From the human T2T-CHM13v2.0 reference genome, Homo sapiens, in NCBI RefSeq assembly GCF_009914755.1, contig NC_060933.1: a stretch of 64,000 bases of DNA; one strand, 5' to 3'. Within the stretch, counting starts at the first letter, position 1; each line of letters begins with the position of its first letter. The notes beneath the pieces are model-generated. The model was not told the origin of the DNA, ran no database searches, and was given only the letters and a program-made list of their open reading frames with translations. Positions 42,401 through 55,500 of the stretch are shown here, piece by piece. Position numbers and translations under genes: made by a program.

Positions 42401-45400
42401 GAATGGAAAGTACCCGAATGGAATGGAATGTAATGGAGTCTGAGGGAATTAAAAAGAATCAATCCGAATGTAATGGAACTGAATGGAACGGAATGGAATG
42501 GAATGGAATGGAATGGTATGGATTCAACCCAAATGGAATGGAAAGCAATGGAATCAACCAGAGTGGAATGGCATGGAATGGAATGGAATGGAATGGTACG
42601 GAATAGAATGCAATGGTAGGAAATGGAATCGAATGGAATGGAATGGAACGGAATGGAATGGAATCATTCCGAGTGGAATAGAAGGGAATGAATTCGAGTG
42701 GAATGGAAAGGAATGGAATCAACCAGAGTGGAATGGAAGGGAAAGGATTGGAATGGAAACTAATAAAATGGAATAAACACGAGTGGAATGGAATGGAAAG
42801 GACTTGAATTGAATGGAATGGAATGGAATGGAATGGAATGGAATCAAGTCGATTGCAATGGAATGTAATGGAATGGAATGGAATGGAATTAACGCGAATA
42901 GAATGGAATGGAATGGAATGGAATGGAATGGAATGGAATCAACCTGAGTGCAGGGGAATGGAATGCAATGGAATGCAATGGAATGGAATGGAATGGAATG
43001 CAATGGAAACAACTCGATTGCAATGGAATGGAATGGAATGGAATGGAATGGAATGGAATGGAATGGAATTAACCTGAACAGAATGGAATGGAATGGAATG
43101 GAATGGAACGGAATGGAATGGAATGGAATGGAATGGAATCAACCCGAGTGCAGGGGAATGGAATGGAATGGAATGCAATGGAATGGATTCATCCGGAATG
43201 GAATGGAATGGAATGGAATGCAATGGAATGGAATCAATCAACCCGAGTGCAATGCAATGGAGTGGAATGGAATGGAATGGAACGGAAACTACCCGAATGG
43301 AATGGAATGTAATGGAGTGTAAGGGAATTGAAAAGAATCAATCCGAATGTAATGGAATGGAATGGAACGGAATGAAATGGAATGGCATGGAATGGAATGG
43401 AATCAACCCGAGTGCAATGGAATGGAATTGAACGGAATGGAATGGAAAGGAATGGATTCAACCCGAATGGAATGGAAAGGAATGGAATAAACCCGAGTGG
43501 AATGGCATGGAATGGAATGGAATGGAATGGAATGGAATGGTAAGGAATAGAATGGAATGGAAAGAAATGGAATGGAATGGAATGGAATGGAATGGAATGG
43601 AATGGAATGAACCCGTGTGCAATGGATTGGAATGGAATGGAATGGAATGGAATGGAATGGAATGGTTTCAACTCGAATGGAATGGAAAGGAATGGAATCA
43701 ACCCGAGTGGAATGGCATGGAATGGAATGGAATGGAATGGAATGGAATGGAATGGAATAGAATGAAATGGAATGGAATGGAATGGAATGGAAACAACACG
43801 AGTGCAATGTAATGGAATCGAGTGGAATGGAATTAAATGGAATGGAATGGATTCAACCCGAATGGAATGGAAAGGAATGGAATAAACCCGAGAGGAATAG
43901 CATGCAATGGAGTGGAATGGAATGGAATGGAATGGAATGGTATGGAATAGAATGGAATGGAACTAAATGGAATGGAATGGAATGGAATGGAATGGAATGA
44001 ACACGTGTGCAATGGAATGGAATCGAATGGAATGGAATGGATTCAACTCGAATGGAATGGAAAGGAATGGAATCAACCCGAGTGGAATAGCATGGATTGG
44101 AATGGAAAGGAATGGAATGGAATGGTACGGAATAGAGTGGAATGGAACGAAATGGAATGGAATGGAATGGAATGGAATAGAATGGAATGGAATGGAATCA
44201 ACCCGAGTGCAGGGGAATGGAGTGGAATGGAAGGCAATGGAATGGAATCATCCGGAATGGAATGGAATGGAATGGAATGGAATGGAATGGAATGGAATCA
44301 ACCTGAGTGCAGGGGAATGGAATGCAATGGAATGCAATGGAATGGAATGGAATGGAATGCAATGGAAACAACTCGATTGCAATGGAATGGAATGGAATGG
44401 ACTGGAATGGAATGGAATGGAATGGAATGGAATGGAATGGAATCAACCCGAGTGCAGGGGAATGGAATGGAATGGAATGGAATGGAATGGAATGGAATGG
44501 AATTAACCTGAACAGAAAGGAATGGAATGGAATGGAATGGAACGGAATGGAATGGAATGGAATGGAATGGAATCAACCCGAGTGCAGGGGAATGGAATGG
44601 AATGGAATGCAATGGAATGGATTCATCCGGAATGGAATGGAATGGAATGGAATGCAATGGAATGGAATCTATCAACCCGAGTGCAATGCAATGGAGTGGA
44701 ATGGAATGGAATGGAACGGAAACTACCCGAATGGAATGGAATGTAATGGAGTGTAAGGGAATTGAAAAGAATCAATCCGAATGTAATGGAATGGAATGGA
44801 ACGGAATGAAATGGAATGGCATGGAATGGAATGGAATCAACCCGAGTGCAATGGAATGGAATTGAACGGAATGGAATGGAAAGGAATGGATTCAACCCGA
44901 ATGGAATGGAAAGGAATGGAAAAAACCGAGTGGAATGGCATGGAATGGAATGGAATGGAATGGAATGGTACGGAATAGAATGGAATGGAACGAAATGGAA
45001 TGGAATGGAATGGAATGGAATGGAATGGAATGTAATGGAATGGAATGGAATGAACCCGTGTGCAATGGATTGGAATGGAATGGAATAGAATGGAATGGAA
45101 TGGAAAGGAATGGTTTCAACTCGAATGGAATGGAAAGGAATGGAATCAACCCGAGTGGAATGGCATGGAATGGAATGGAATGGAATGGAATGGAATGGAA
45201 TGAAATGAAATGGAATGTAATGGAATGGAATGGAAACAACACGAGTGAAATGTAATGGAATCGAGTGGAATGGAATTGAATGGAAAGGAATGGATTCAAT
45301 CCGAATGGAATGGAAAGGAATGGAATAAACCCGAGAGGAATAGCATGGAATGGAGTGGAATGGAATGGAATGGAATGGAATGGTATGGAATAGAATGGAA

Positions 45401-48400
45401 TGGAACTAAATGGAATGGAATGGAATGGAATGGAATGGAATGGAATGGAATGAACCCGTGTGCAATGGAATGGAATCGAATGGAATGGAATGGAATGGAA
45501 TGGATTCAACTCGAATGGAATGGAAAGGAATGGAATCAACCCGAGTGGAATAGCATGGATTGGAATGGAAAGGAATGGAATGGAATGGTACGGAATAGAG
45601 TGGAATGGAACGAAATGGAATGGAATAGAATGGAATGGAATGGAATAGAATGGAATGGAATGGAATGGAATCAACCCGAGTGCAGGGGAATGGAGTGGAA
45701 TGGAAGGCAATGGAATGGAATCATCCGGAATTGAATGGAATGGAATGGAATGGAATGGAATCAACTCGATTGAAATGGAATGGAATGGAATGGAATGGAG
45801 TGGATGGGAATGGAATGGAATGTAATGAACCCGAGTGCAGGGGAATGGAATGGAATGGAATGCAATGGAATGGAGTCATCCTGAATGGAACGGAATGGAA
45901 TGGAATGGAATCAACCCGTGTGCAATATAATGGAATCGAAAGGAATGGAATGGAATGGAATGGATTCAACCCAAATGGAATGAAAAGGAATGGAATAAAC
46001 CCGAGTGGAATGGCATGGAATGGAGTGGAATGGAATGGAATGGAATGGTACAGAATAGAATGGAATGGAACGAAATGGAATGGAATGGAATGGAATGGAA
46101 TGGAATGGAACGGAATGGAATGGAATGGAATGGAATGAACCCGTGTGCAATGGAATGGAATGGAATGGAATGGGTTCAACACGAATGGAATGCAAAGGAA
46201 TGGAATCAACACGAGTGGAATGGCATGGAATGGAATGGAATGGAATGGAATGGAATGGAATGGAATGGAATGAAACGGAATGGAATGGAATGGAATGGAA
46301 TCAACCCGAGTGCAGTGTAATGGTATCGAATGGAATGGAATGGAATGGAATGGATTCAACACGAATGGAATGGAAAGGAATGGAATAAACCCGCGTGGAA
46401 TGGCATGGAATGGAGTGGAATGGAATGGAATGGAATAGAATGGAATCAACCCGAGTGCAATGGAATGGAATTGAACGGAATGGAATGGAAAGGAATGGAT
46501 TCAACCCGAATGGAATGGAAAGGAATGGAAAAAACCGAGTGGAATGGCATGGAATGGAATGGAATGGAATGGAATGGAATGGTACGGAATATAATGGAAT
46601 GGAACGAAATGGAATGGAATGGAATGGAATGGAATGGAATGGAATGGAATGGAATGGAATGAACCCGTGTGCAATGGAATGGAATCGAATGGAATGGAAT
46701 GGATTGGAAAGGATTCAACTCGAATGGAATGGAAAGGAATGGAATCAACCCGAGTGGAATGGCATGGAATGGAATGGAATGGAATGGAATGGAATGGAAT
46801 GGAATGGAATGGAATGGAATGGTACGGAATAGAATGGAAAGGAACGAAATGGAATGGAATGAAATGGAATGGAATGGAGTGGAATGGAATGGAATGGAAT
46901 GGAATGCAATCAACCCGAGTGCAGGGGAATGGAATGGAATTGAAGGCAATGGAATGGAATCATCCGGAATTGAATGGAATGGAATGGAATCAACTCGATT
47001 GCAATGGAATGGAATGGAATGGAATGGAATGGAATGGAATGGAGTGGAATGGAATGGAATGGATGTAAATGGAACGGAAGGTAATGAACCCGAGTGCAGG
47101 GGAATGGAATGGAATGGAATGCAATGGAATGGAGTCATCCGCAATGGAACGGAAAGGAATGGAATGGAACCAACCCGTGTGCAATGGAATTGAAAGGAAT
47201 GGAATGGAATGGAATGGAATGGAATGGAATGGAATGGAATGGAATGGAATGGATTCAACCCGAATGGAATGGAAAGGAAGGGAATCAACCCAAGTGGAAT
47301 GGCATGGAATGGAATGGATTGGAATGGAATGGAATGGAATGGTACCGAATGGAATGGAATGGAATGGTACCGAATAGAATGGAATGGAACGAAATGGAAT
47401 GGAATGGAATGGAATGGAATGGAATGAACCCGTGTGCAATGGATTGGAATGGAATGGAATGGAATGGAATGGAATGGAATGGGTTCGACTCGAATGGAAC
47501 GGAATGAAATGAAATCAACCCGAGTGGAATGGCATGGAATGGAATGGAATGGAATGGAATGGAATGGAAACAACACGAGTGCAATGTAATGGAATCGAAT
47601 GGAATGGAATGCAATGGATTCAACCCGAATGGAATGGAAACGAATGGAATAAAACCGAGTGGAATGGCATGGAATGGAGTCTAATGGAATGGAATGGTAT
47701 GGAATAGAATGGAATGGAACGAAATGGAATGGAATGGAATGGAATGAAATGAACCCGTGTGCAATGGAATGGAATGGAATGGAATGGAATGGATTCAACT
47801 CGAATGGAATGGAAAGGAATGGAATCAACCCGAGTGGAATGGCATGGAATGGAATGGAATGGAATGGAATTAACCCTAATAGAATGGAATGGAATGGAAT
47901 GGAATGGAATGGAATGGAATGGAAGGAAATGGAATGGAATGGAATGGAATGGAATGGAATGGTACGGAATAGAATGGAATGGAACGAAATGGAATGGAAT
48001 GGAATGGAATGGAATGGAATGGAATGGAATGGAATGGAATCAACCCGAGTGCAGGGGAATGGAGTGGAATGGAAGGCAATGGAATGGAATCATCCGGAAT
48101 TGAATGGAATGGAATGGAATGGAATGGAATCAACTCGATTGAAATGGAATGGAATGGAATGGAATGGAGTGGATGGGAATAGAATGGAATGTAATGAACC
48201 CGAGTGCAGGGGAATGGAATGGAATGGAATGCAATGGAATGGAGTCATCCTTAATGGAACGGAATGGAATGGAATGGAATCAACCCGTGTGCAATATAAT
48301 GGAATCGAAAGGAATGGAATGGAATGGAATGGATTCAAACCAAAGGGAATGAAAAGGAATGGAATAAACCCGAGTGGAATGGCATGGAATGGAGTGGAAT

Positions 48401-51400
48401 GGAATGGAATGGAATGGTACAGAATAGAATGGAATGGAACGAAATGGAATGGAATGGAATGGAATGGAATGGAATGGAATGGAATGGAACGGAATGGAAT
48501 GGAATGGAATGGAATGGAATGGAATGAAACCGTGTGCAATGGAATGGAATGGAATGGAATGGGTTCAACACGAATGGAATGCAAAGGAATGGAATCAACA
48601 CGAGTGGAATGGCATGGAATGGAATGGAATGGAATGGAATGGAATGGAATGGAATGGAATGAAATGGAATGGAATGGAATGGAATGGAATCAACCCGAGT
48701 GCAGTGTAATGGAATCGAATGGAATGGAATGGAATGGAATGGATTCAACACGAATGGAATGGAAAGGAATGGAATAAACCAGCGTGGAATGGCATGGAAT
48801 GGAGTGGAATGGAATGGAATGGAATGGAATGGAATCAACCCGAGTGCAATGTAATGGAATCGAATGGAATGGAATGGAATGGAATGGATTCAACCCGAAT
48901 GGAATGGAAAGGAATGGAATAAACCCGAGTGGAATGGCATGGAGTGGAGTGGAATGGAATGGAATGGAATGGAATGGAATGGTACGGAATATAATGGACT
49001 GGAACGAAATGGAATGGAATGGAATGGAATGGAATGGAATGGAATGGAATGGAATGGAATGGAATGAACCCGTGTGCAATGGAATGGAATCGAATGGAAT
49101 GGAATGGATTGGAATGGATTCAACTCGAATGGAATGGAAAGGAATGGAATCAACCCGAGTGGAATGGCATGGAATGGAATGGAATGGAATGGAATGGAAT
49201 GGAATGGAATGGTACGGAACAGAATGGAAAGGAACGAAATGGAATGGAATGAAATAGAATGGAATGGAGTGGAATGGAATGGAATGGAATGGAATCAACC
49301 CGAGTGCAGGGGAATGGAATGGAATTGAAGGCAATGGAATGGAATCATCCGGAATTGAATGGAATGGAATGGAATCAACTCGATTGCAATGGAATGGAAT
49401 GGAATGGAATGGAATGGAATGGAATGGAATGGAATTAACCCGAATAGAATGGAATGGAATGGAATGGAAGTAAATGGAACGGAAGGTAATGAACCCGAGT
49501 GCAGGGGAATGGAATGGAATGGAATGCAATGGAATGGAGTCATCCGGAATGGAACGGAAAGGAATGGAATGGAACCAACCCGTGTGCAATGGAATTGAAA
49601 GGAATGGAATGGAATGGAATGGAATGGAATGGAATGGAATGGATTCAACCCGAATGGAATGAAAAAGAAGGGAATCAACCCAAGTGGAATGGCATGGAAT
49701 GGAATGGATTGGAATGGAATGGAATGGAATGGTACCGAATGGAATGGAATGGAATGGTACCGAATAGAATGGAATGGAACGAAATGGAATGGAATGGAAT
49801 GGAATGGAATGGAATGAACCCGTGTGCAATGGATTGGAATGGAATGGAATGGAATGGAATGGAAAGGAATGGAATGGGTTCGACTCGAATGGAACGGAAT
49901 GGAATGAAATCAACCCGAGTGGAAAGGCATGGAATGGAATGGAATGGAATGGAATGGAATGGAATGGAATGGAATGGAAACAACACGAGTGCAATGTAAT
50001 GGAATCGAATGGAATGGAATGCAATGGATTCAACCCGAATGGAATGGAAACGAATGGAATACAACCGAGTGGAATGGCATGGAATGGAGTCTAATGGAAT
50101 GGAATGGAATGGAATGGTATGGAATAGAATGGAATGGAACGAAATGGAATGGAATGGAATGGAATGAAATGAACCCGTGTGCAATGGAATGGAATGGAAT
50201 GGAATGGAATGGAATGGATTCAACTCGAATGGAATGGAAAGGAATGGAATCAACCTGAGTGGAATGGCATGGAATGGAATGGAATGGAATGGAATGGAAT
50301 GGAATTAACCCTAATAGAATGGAATGGAATGGAATGGAATGGAATGGAATGGAATGGAATGGAATGGTACGGAATAGAATGGAATGGAACGAAATGGAAT
50401 GGAATGGAATGGAATGGAATGGAATGGAATGGAATGGAATGGAATCAACCCGAGTGCAGGGGAATGGAATGGAATGGAAGGCAATGGAATGACACCATTC
50501 GGAATTGAATGGAATGGAATGGAATGGAATGGAATGGAATCAACTCGATTGAAATGGAATGGAATGGAATGGAATGGAATGGAATGGAATGGAATCAACT
50601 CGATTGAAATGGAATGGAATGGAATGGAATGGAATGGAATGGAATCAACTCGATTGAAATGGAATGGAATGGAATGGAATGGAATGGAATGGAATGGAAT
50701 GGAATGGAATGGAAGTGAATGGAATGGAATGTAATGAAACCGAGTGCAGGGGAATGGAATGGAATGGAATGCAATGGAATGGAGTCATCCGGAATGGAAC
50801 GGAATGGAATGGAATGGAATCAACCCGAGTGTAATGGAATGGAATGGAATGGAATGGAATGGAGTGGAATGGTACAGAATAGAATGTAATGGAACGAAAT
50901 GGAATGGAATGGAATGGAATGGAATGGAATCATTCCGAGTGGAATAGAAGGGAATGTTTTCGAGTGGAATGAAAAGGAATGGAATCAACCAGAGTGGGAT
51001 GGAATGGAATCGAGTGGAATGGAATGCAATCGAATGGAATGGAAAGGAATAGAATGGAATCAACCCGAGTGGAATGGAATGGGAAGGACTGGAATGGAAT
51101 GGAATGGAATGCAATGGAATCAACTCGATTGCAATGAAATGGAATGCAATGGAATGGAATGGAATGGAATGGAATTAACCGGAATAGAATGGAATTGAAT
51201 GGAATGGAAAGGAATGGAATGGAATAGAATGGAATGGAATGGATTCAACTCGAATGGAATGGAAAGGAATGGAATCAACCCGAGTGGAATGGCATGGAAT
51301 GGAATGGAATGGAATGTAATGGAATGGAATTAACCCTAATAGAATGGAATGGAATGGAATGGAATGGAATGGAATGGAACGGAAGGAAATGGAATGGAAT

Positions 51401-52540
51401 GGAATGGAATGGAATGGAAGGAAATGGAATGGAATGGAATGGAATGGAATGGAATGGAATGGTACGGAATAGAATGGAATGGAACGAAATGGAATGGAAT
51501 GGAATGGAATGGAACGGAATGGAATGGAATGGAATGGAATGAAATCAACCCGAGTGCAGGGGAATGGAATGGAATGGAAGGCAATGGAATGAAATCATTC
51601 GGAATTGAATGGAATGGAATGGAATGGAATGGAATCAACTCGATTGAAATGGAATGGAATGGAATGGAATGGAATGGAATGGAATGGAATGGAATGGAAT
51701 GGAATGGAATGGAATGGAATGGAAGTGAATGGAATGTAATGTAATGAAACCGAGTGCAGGGGAATGGAATGGAATGGAATGCAATGGAATGGAGTCATCC
51801 GGAATGGAACGGAATGGAATGGAATGGAATCAACCCGAGTGCAATGGAATGGAATGGAACGGAAAGGAATGGAATGGAATGGATTCAACCCGAATGGAAT
51901 GGAAAGGAATGGAATCAACCCGAGAGGAATGGCATGGAATGGAATGGAATGGAATGGAGTAGAATGGTACGGAATAGAATGTAATGGAACGAAACGGAAT
52001 GGAATGGAATGGAATGGAATGGAATGGAATGGAATGGAATGGAATGGAATGGAATCATTCCGAGTGGAATAGAAGGGAATGTTTTCGAGTGGAATGAAAA
52101 GGAATGGTATCAACCAGAGTGGAATGGAATGGAATCGAATGGAATGGAAAGGAATAGAATGGAATCAACCCGAGTGGAATGGAATGGAAAGGACTGGAAT
52201 GGAATGGAATGGAATGCAATGGAATCAACTCGATTGCAATGAAATGGAATGGAATGGAATGGAATGGAATGGAATGGAATAGAATAGAATAGAAAGGAAT
52301 CACCCCAAGTGCAGGGGAATTTAATGGAATGGAATGCAGTGGAATGGAATCATCCGGAATGGAATGGAATGGAATGGAATGGAACGGAATGGAATGGAAT
52401 CAACTCGATTTCAATGGAATGCAAAGGAATGGAATGGAATGGAATGCAATGGAATCGTACGGAATAGAAGGGAATGGAACGAAATGGAATGTAATGGAAT
52501 GGAAAGGAATGGAATGGAATGGAATGGAACGGAATGGAAT
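36401..52540 (+). repeat. Variant domain B2 with repeated ~1.4-kb and ~0.6-kb cassettes
   Basis: B markers return. Private markers ggagtctaatgg (37788, 41391, 47676, 50086), aaacccgcgtgg (36458, 40091, 46387; variant at 48776) and ggagtggatggga (39491, 45796, 48166). Confidence 0.78.
50220..52270 (+). repeat. ~1.0-1.1 kb tandem duplication
   Basis: cattcggaattga 50496/51596, ggaagtgaat 50711/51721, gtaatgaaaccgag 50731/51741, gaagggaatgttttcgagtggaatgaaaagg ~50947/52072. Confidence 0.82.
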
Positions 52541-55500
52541 GGAATGGAATTAATCCGAATAGAACGGAATGGAATGGAAAGGAACAGAATGGAACGGAAT
52601 GGAATGGAATGGAATGGAATGGTATGGAATGGAATGGAATGGTACGGAATAGAATGGAATGGAACGAATTGCAATGGAATGGAATTGAATGGAATGGAAT
52701 GGAATGGAATCAACGCGAGTGCAGGGGAATGTAATGGAACGGAATGCAATGGAATGGAATCATCCGGAATGGAATGGAATGGAATGGAATGGAATGGAAT
52801 CAACCCGAGTGCAATGGAATGGAGTGGAATGGAATGGAATGGAATGGAACAACCCGAATGGAATGGAATGTAATGGAGAGTAAGGGAGTTGAATAGAATC
52901 AATCCGAATGTAATGGAATGGAATGCAACGGAATGGAATGGAATGGAATGGAATGGAATGCAATGGAATGGAATCAACTCGAGTGCAATGGAATGGAATG
53001 GAATGGAATTGAATGCAATGGAATGGAATCAACTCGAGTACAATGGAATGGAATGGAATGGAATGGAATGGAATGGAATGGAATTGAATGGAATGGAATG
53101 CCTTCAAACCGAATGGAATGGAAAGGAATGGAATCACCACGAGTGGAAAGGAATGGAATGGAAAGGAATGGAATGGAATAGAATGGTACGGAATAGAATG
53201 GAATGGAACGAACTGGAATGGAATGGAATGGAATGGAATGGAATGGAATGGAATGGAATGGAATCGTTCTGAGTGGAATACGAGGGAATGTATTCGAGTG
53301 GAATGGAAAGGAATGGAATCAACCAGATTGGAATGGAAGGGAATGGAATGGAATGGAAACTAATAGAATGGAATCAACCCGAGTGGAATGGAATGGAAAG
53401 AACTGGAATGGAATGGAATGGAATGGAATGGAATGGAATCAACTACATTGTAATGGAATGGAATGGAATGGAATGGAGTGGAATTAACCCGAATACAATG
53501 GAATGGACTAGAATGGAACGGAATGGAGTGGAATGGAATGGAATCAACCCGAGTGCAGGGGAATGGAATGGAATGGAATGCAATGGAATGGAATCATCCG
53601 GAATGGAATGGAATGGAATAGAATGCAAAGCAATGGAATCAACTCGATTGCAATGGAATGGAATGGAATGGAAAGGAATAGAACGGAATCAACCCGAGTG
53701 TAATGGAATGGAAAGGACTGGAATGGAGTGGAATGGAATGGAATGGAATGGAATGGAATCAACTCGATTGGAATGGAATGGAATGGAATGGAAAGGAATG
53801 GAATGGAATTAACCTGAATAGAATGGAATGGAATGGAATGGAACGGAATGGAATGGAATGGAATGGAATGGAATGGAATGGAATGGAATCAACCCGACTG
53901 CAGGGGAATGGAATGGAATGGAATGCAATAGAATGGAATCATCCGGAACGGAATGGAATGGAATGGAATGGAATCAACTCGATTGCAATCGAATGGAATG
54001 GAATGGAATTAACCCGAATAGAATGGAATGGAATGGAATGGAACGGAACTGAATGGAATGGAATGGAATGAAATGGAACGGAACGGAACGGAATGGAATG
54101 GAATGGAATGGAATGGAATGGAATCAACGCGAGTGCAGGGGAATGGAATGGAATGGAATGCAATGGAATGGAATCTTCCGGAATGGAATGAAATGCAATG
54201 GATTCAACTCGATTGCAATGGAATGGAATGGAATGGAATGGAATGGATTGAAATGCAATGGATTCAACTCGATTGCAATGGAATGGAATAGATTGGAATG
54301 GAATGGAATGGAATTAACCCGAATAGAATGGAATGGAATGGAATGGAACGGAATGGAACGGAACGGAATGGAATGGAATGGAATGGAATGGAATGGAATG
54401 CTATGGAATGGAATGGAATGCTACGGAATAGAATGGAATGGAACGAATTGTAATGGAATGGAATTGAATGGAATGGAATGGAATGGAATGGAATGGAATC
54501 AACGCGAGTGCAGGGGAATGTAATGGAACGGAATGCAATGGAACGGAATCATCCGGAATGGAATGGAATGGAATGGAATGGAATGGAATCAACCCGAGTG
54601 CAATGGAATGGAGTGGAACGGAATGGAATGGAATGGAACAACCCGAATGGAATGGAATGTAATGGAGAGTAAGGGAGTTGATTAGAATCAATCCGAATGT
54701 AATGGAATGGAATGCAACGGATTGGAATGGAATGGAATGCAATGGAATGGAATCAACCCGAGTACAATGGAATGGAATGGAATGGAATGGAATGGAATGG
54801 AATGCCTTCAAACCGAATGGAATGGAAAGGAATGGAATCAACACGAGTGGAATGTAATGGAATGGAATGGAAGGGAATGGAATGGAATGGAATGGAATGA
54901 TACGGAACAGAATGGAATGGAACGAAATGGAATGGAATGGAATGGAATGGAATGGAATGGAATGGAATGGAATGGAATGGAATCGTTCCGAGTAGAATAG
55001 GAGGGAATGTATTCGAGTGGAATGGAAAGGAATGGAATCACCCAGAGTGGAATGGAAGAGAATGGAATGGAATGGAAACTAATAGAATGGAATCAACCCG
55101 AGTGGAATGGAATGGAAAGGACTGGAATGGAATGGAATGGAATGGAATGGAATGGAATGAAATGGAATGGAATCAACTCGATTGGAATGGAATGTAATGG
55201 AATGGAATGGAATGAAATGGAATGGAATCAACTCGATTGCAATGGAATGGAATGGAATGGAATGGAATGGAATGGAATGGAATTAACCCGAATACAATGG
55301 AATGGAATGGAATGGAATGGTACGGAATGGAGTGGAATGGAATGGAATCAACCCGAGTGCAGGGGAATGGAATGGAATGGAATGCAATGGAATGGAATCA
55401 TCCGGAATGGAATGGAATGGAATGGAATGCAAAGCAATGGAATCAACTCGATTGCAATGGAATGGAATGGAATGGAAAGGAATACATTGGAATCACCCCG

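Noticed and set aside
51631-51725. Pure (TGGAA)n tract resembling a pathogenic TGGAA expansion
   Set aside because: Uninterrupted tracts here are only about a dozen to 15 units and are ordinary for HSat3. There is no genic context.
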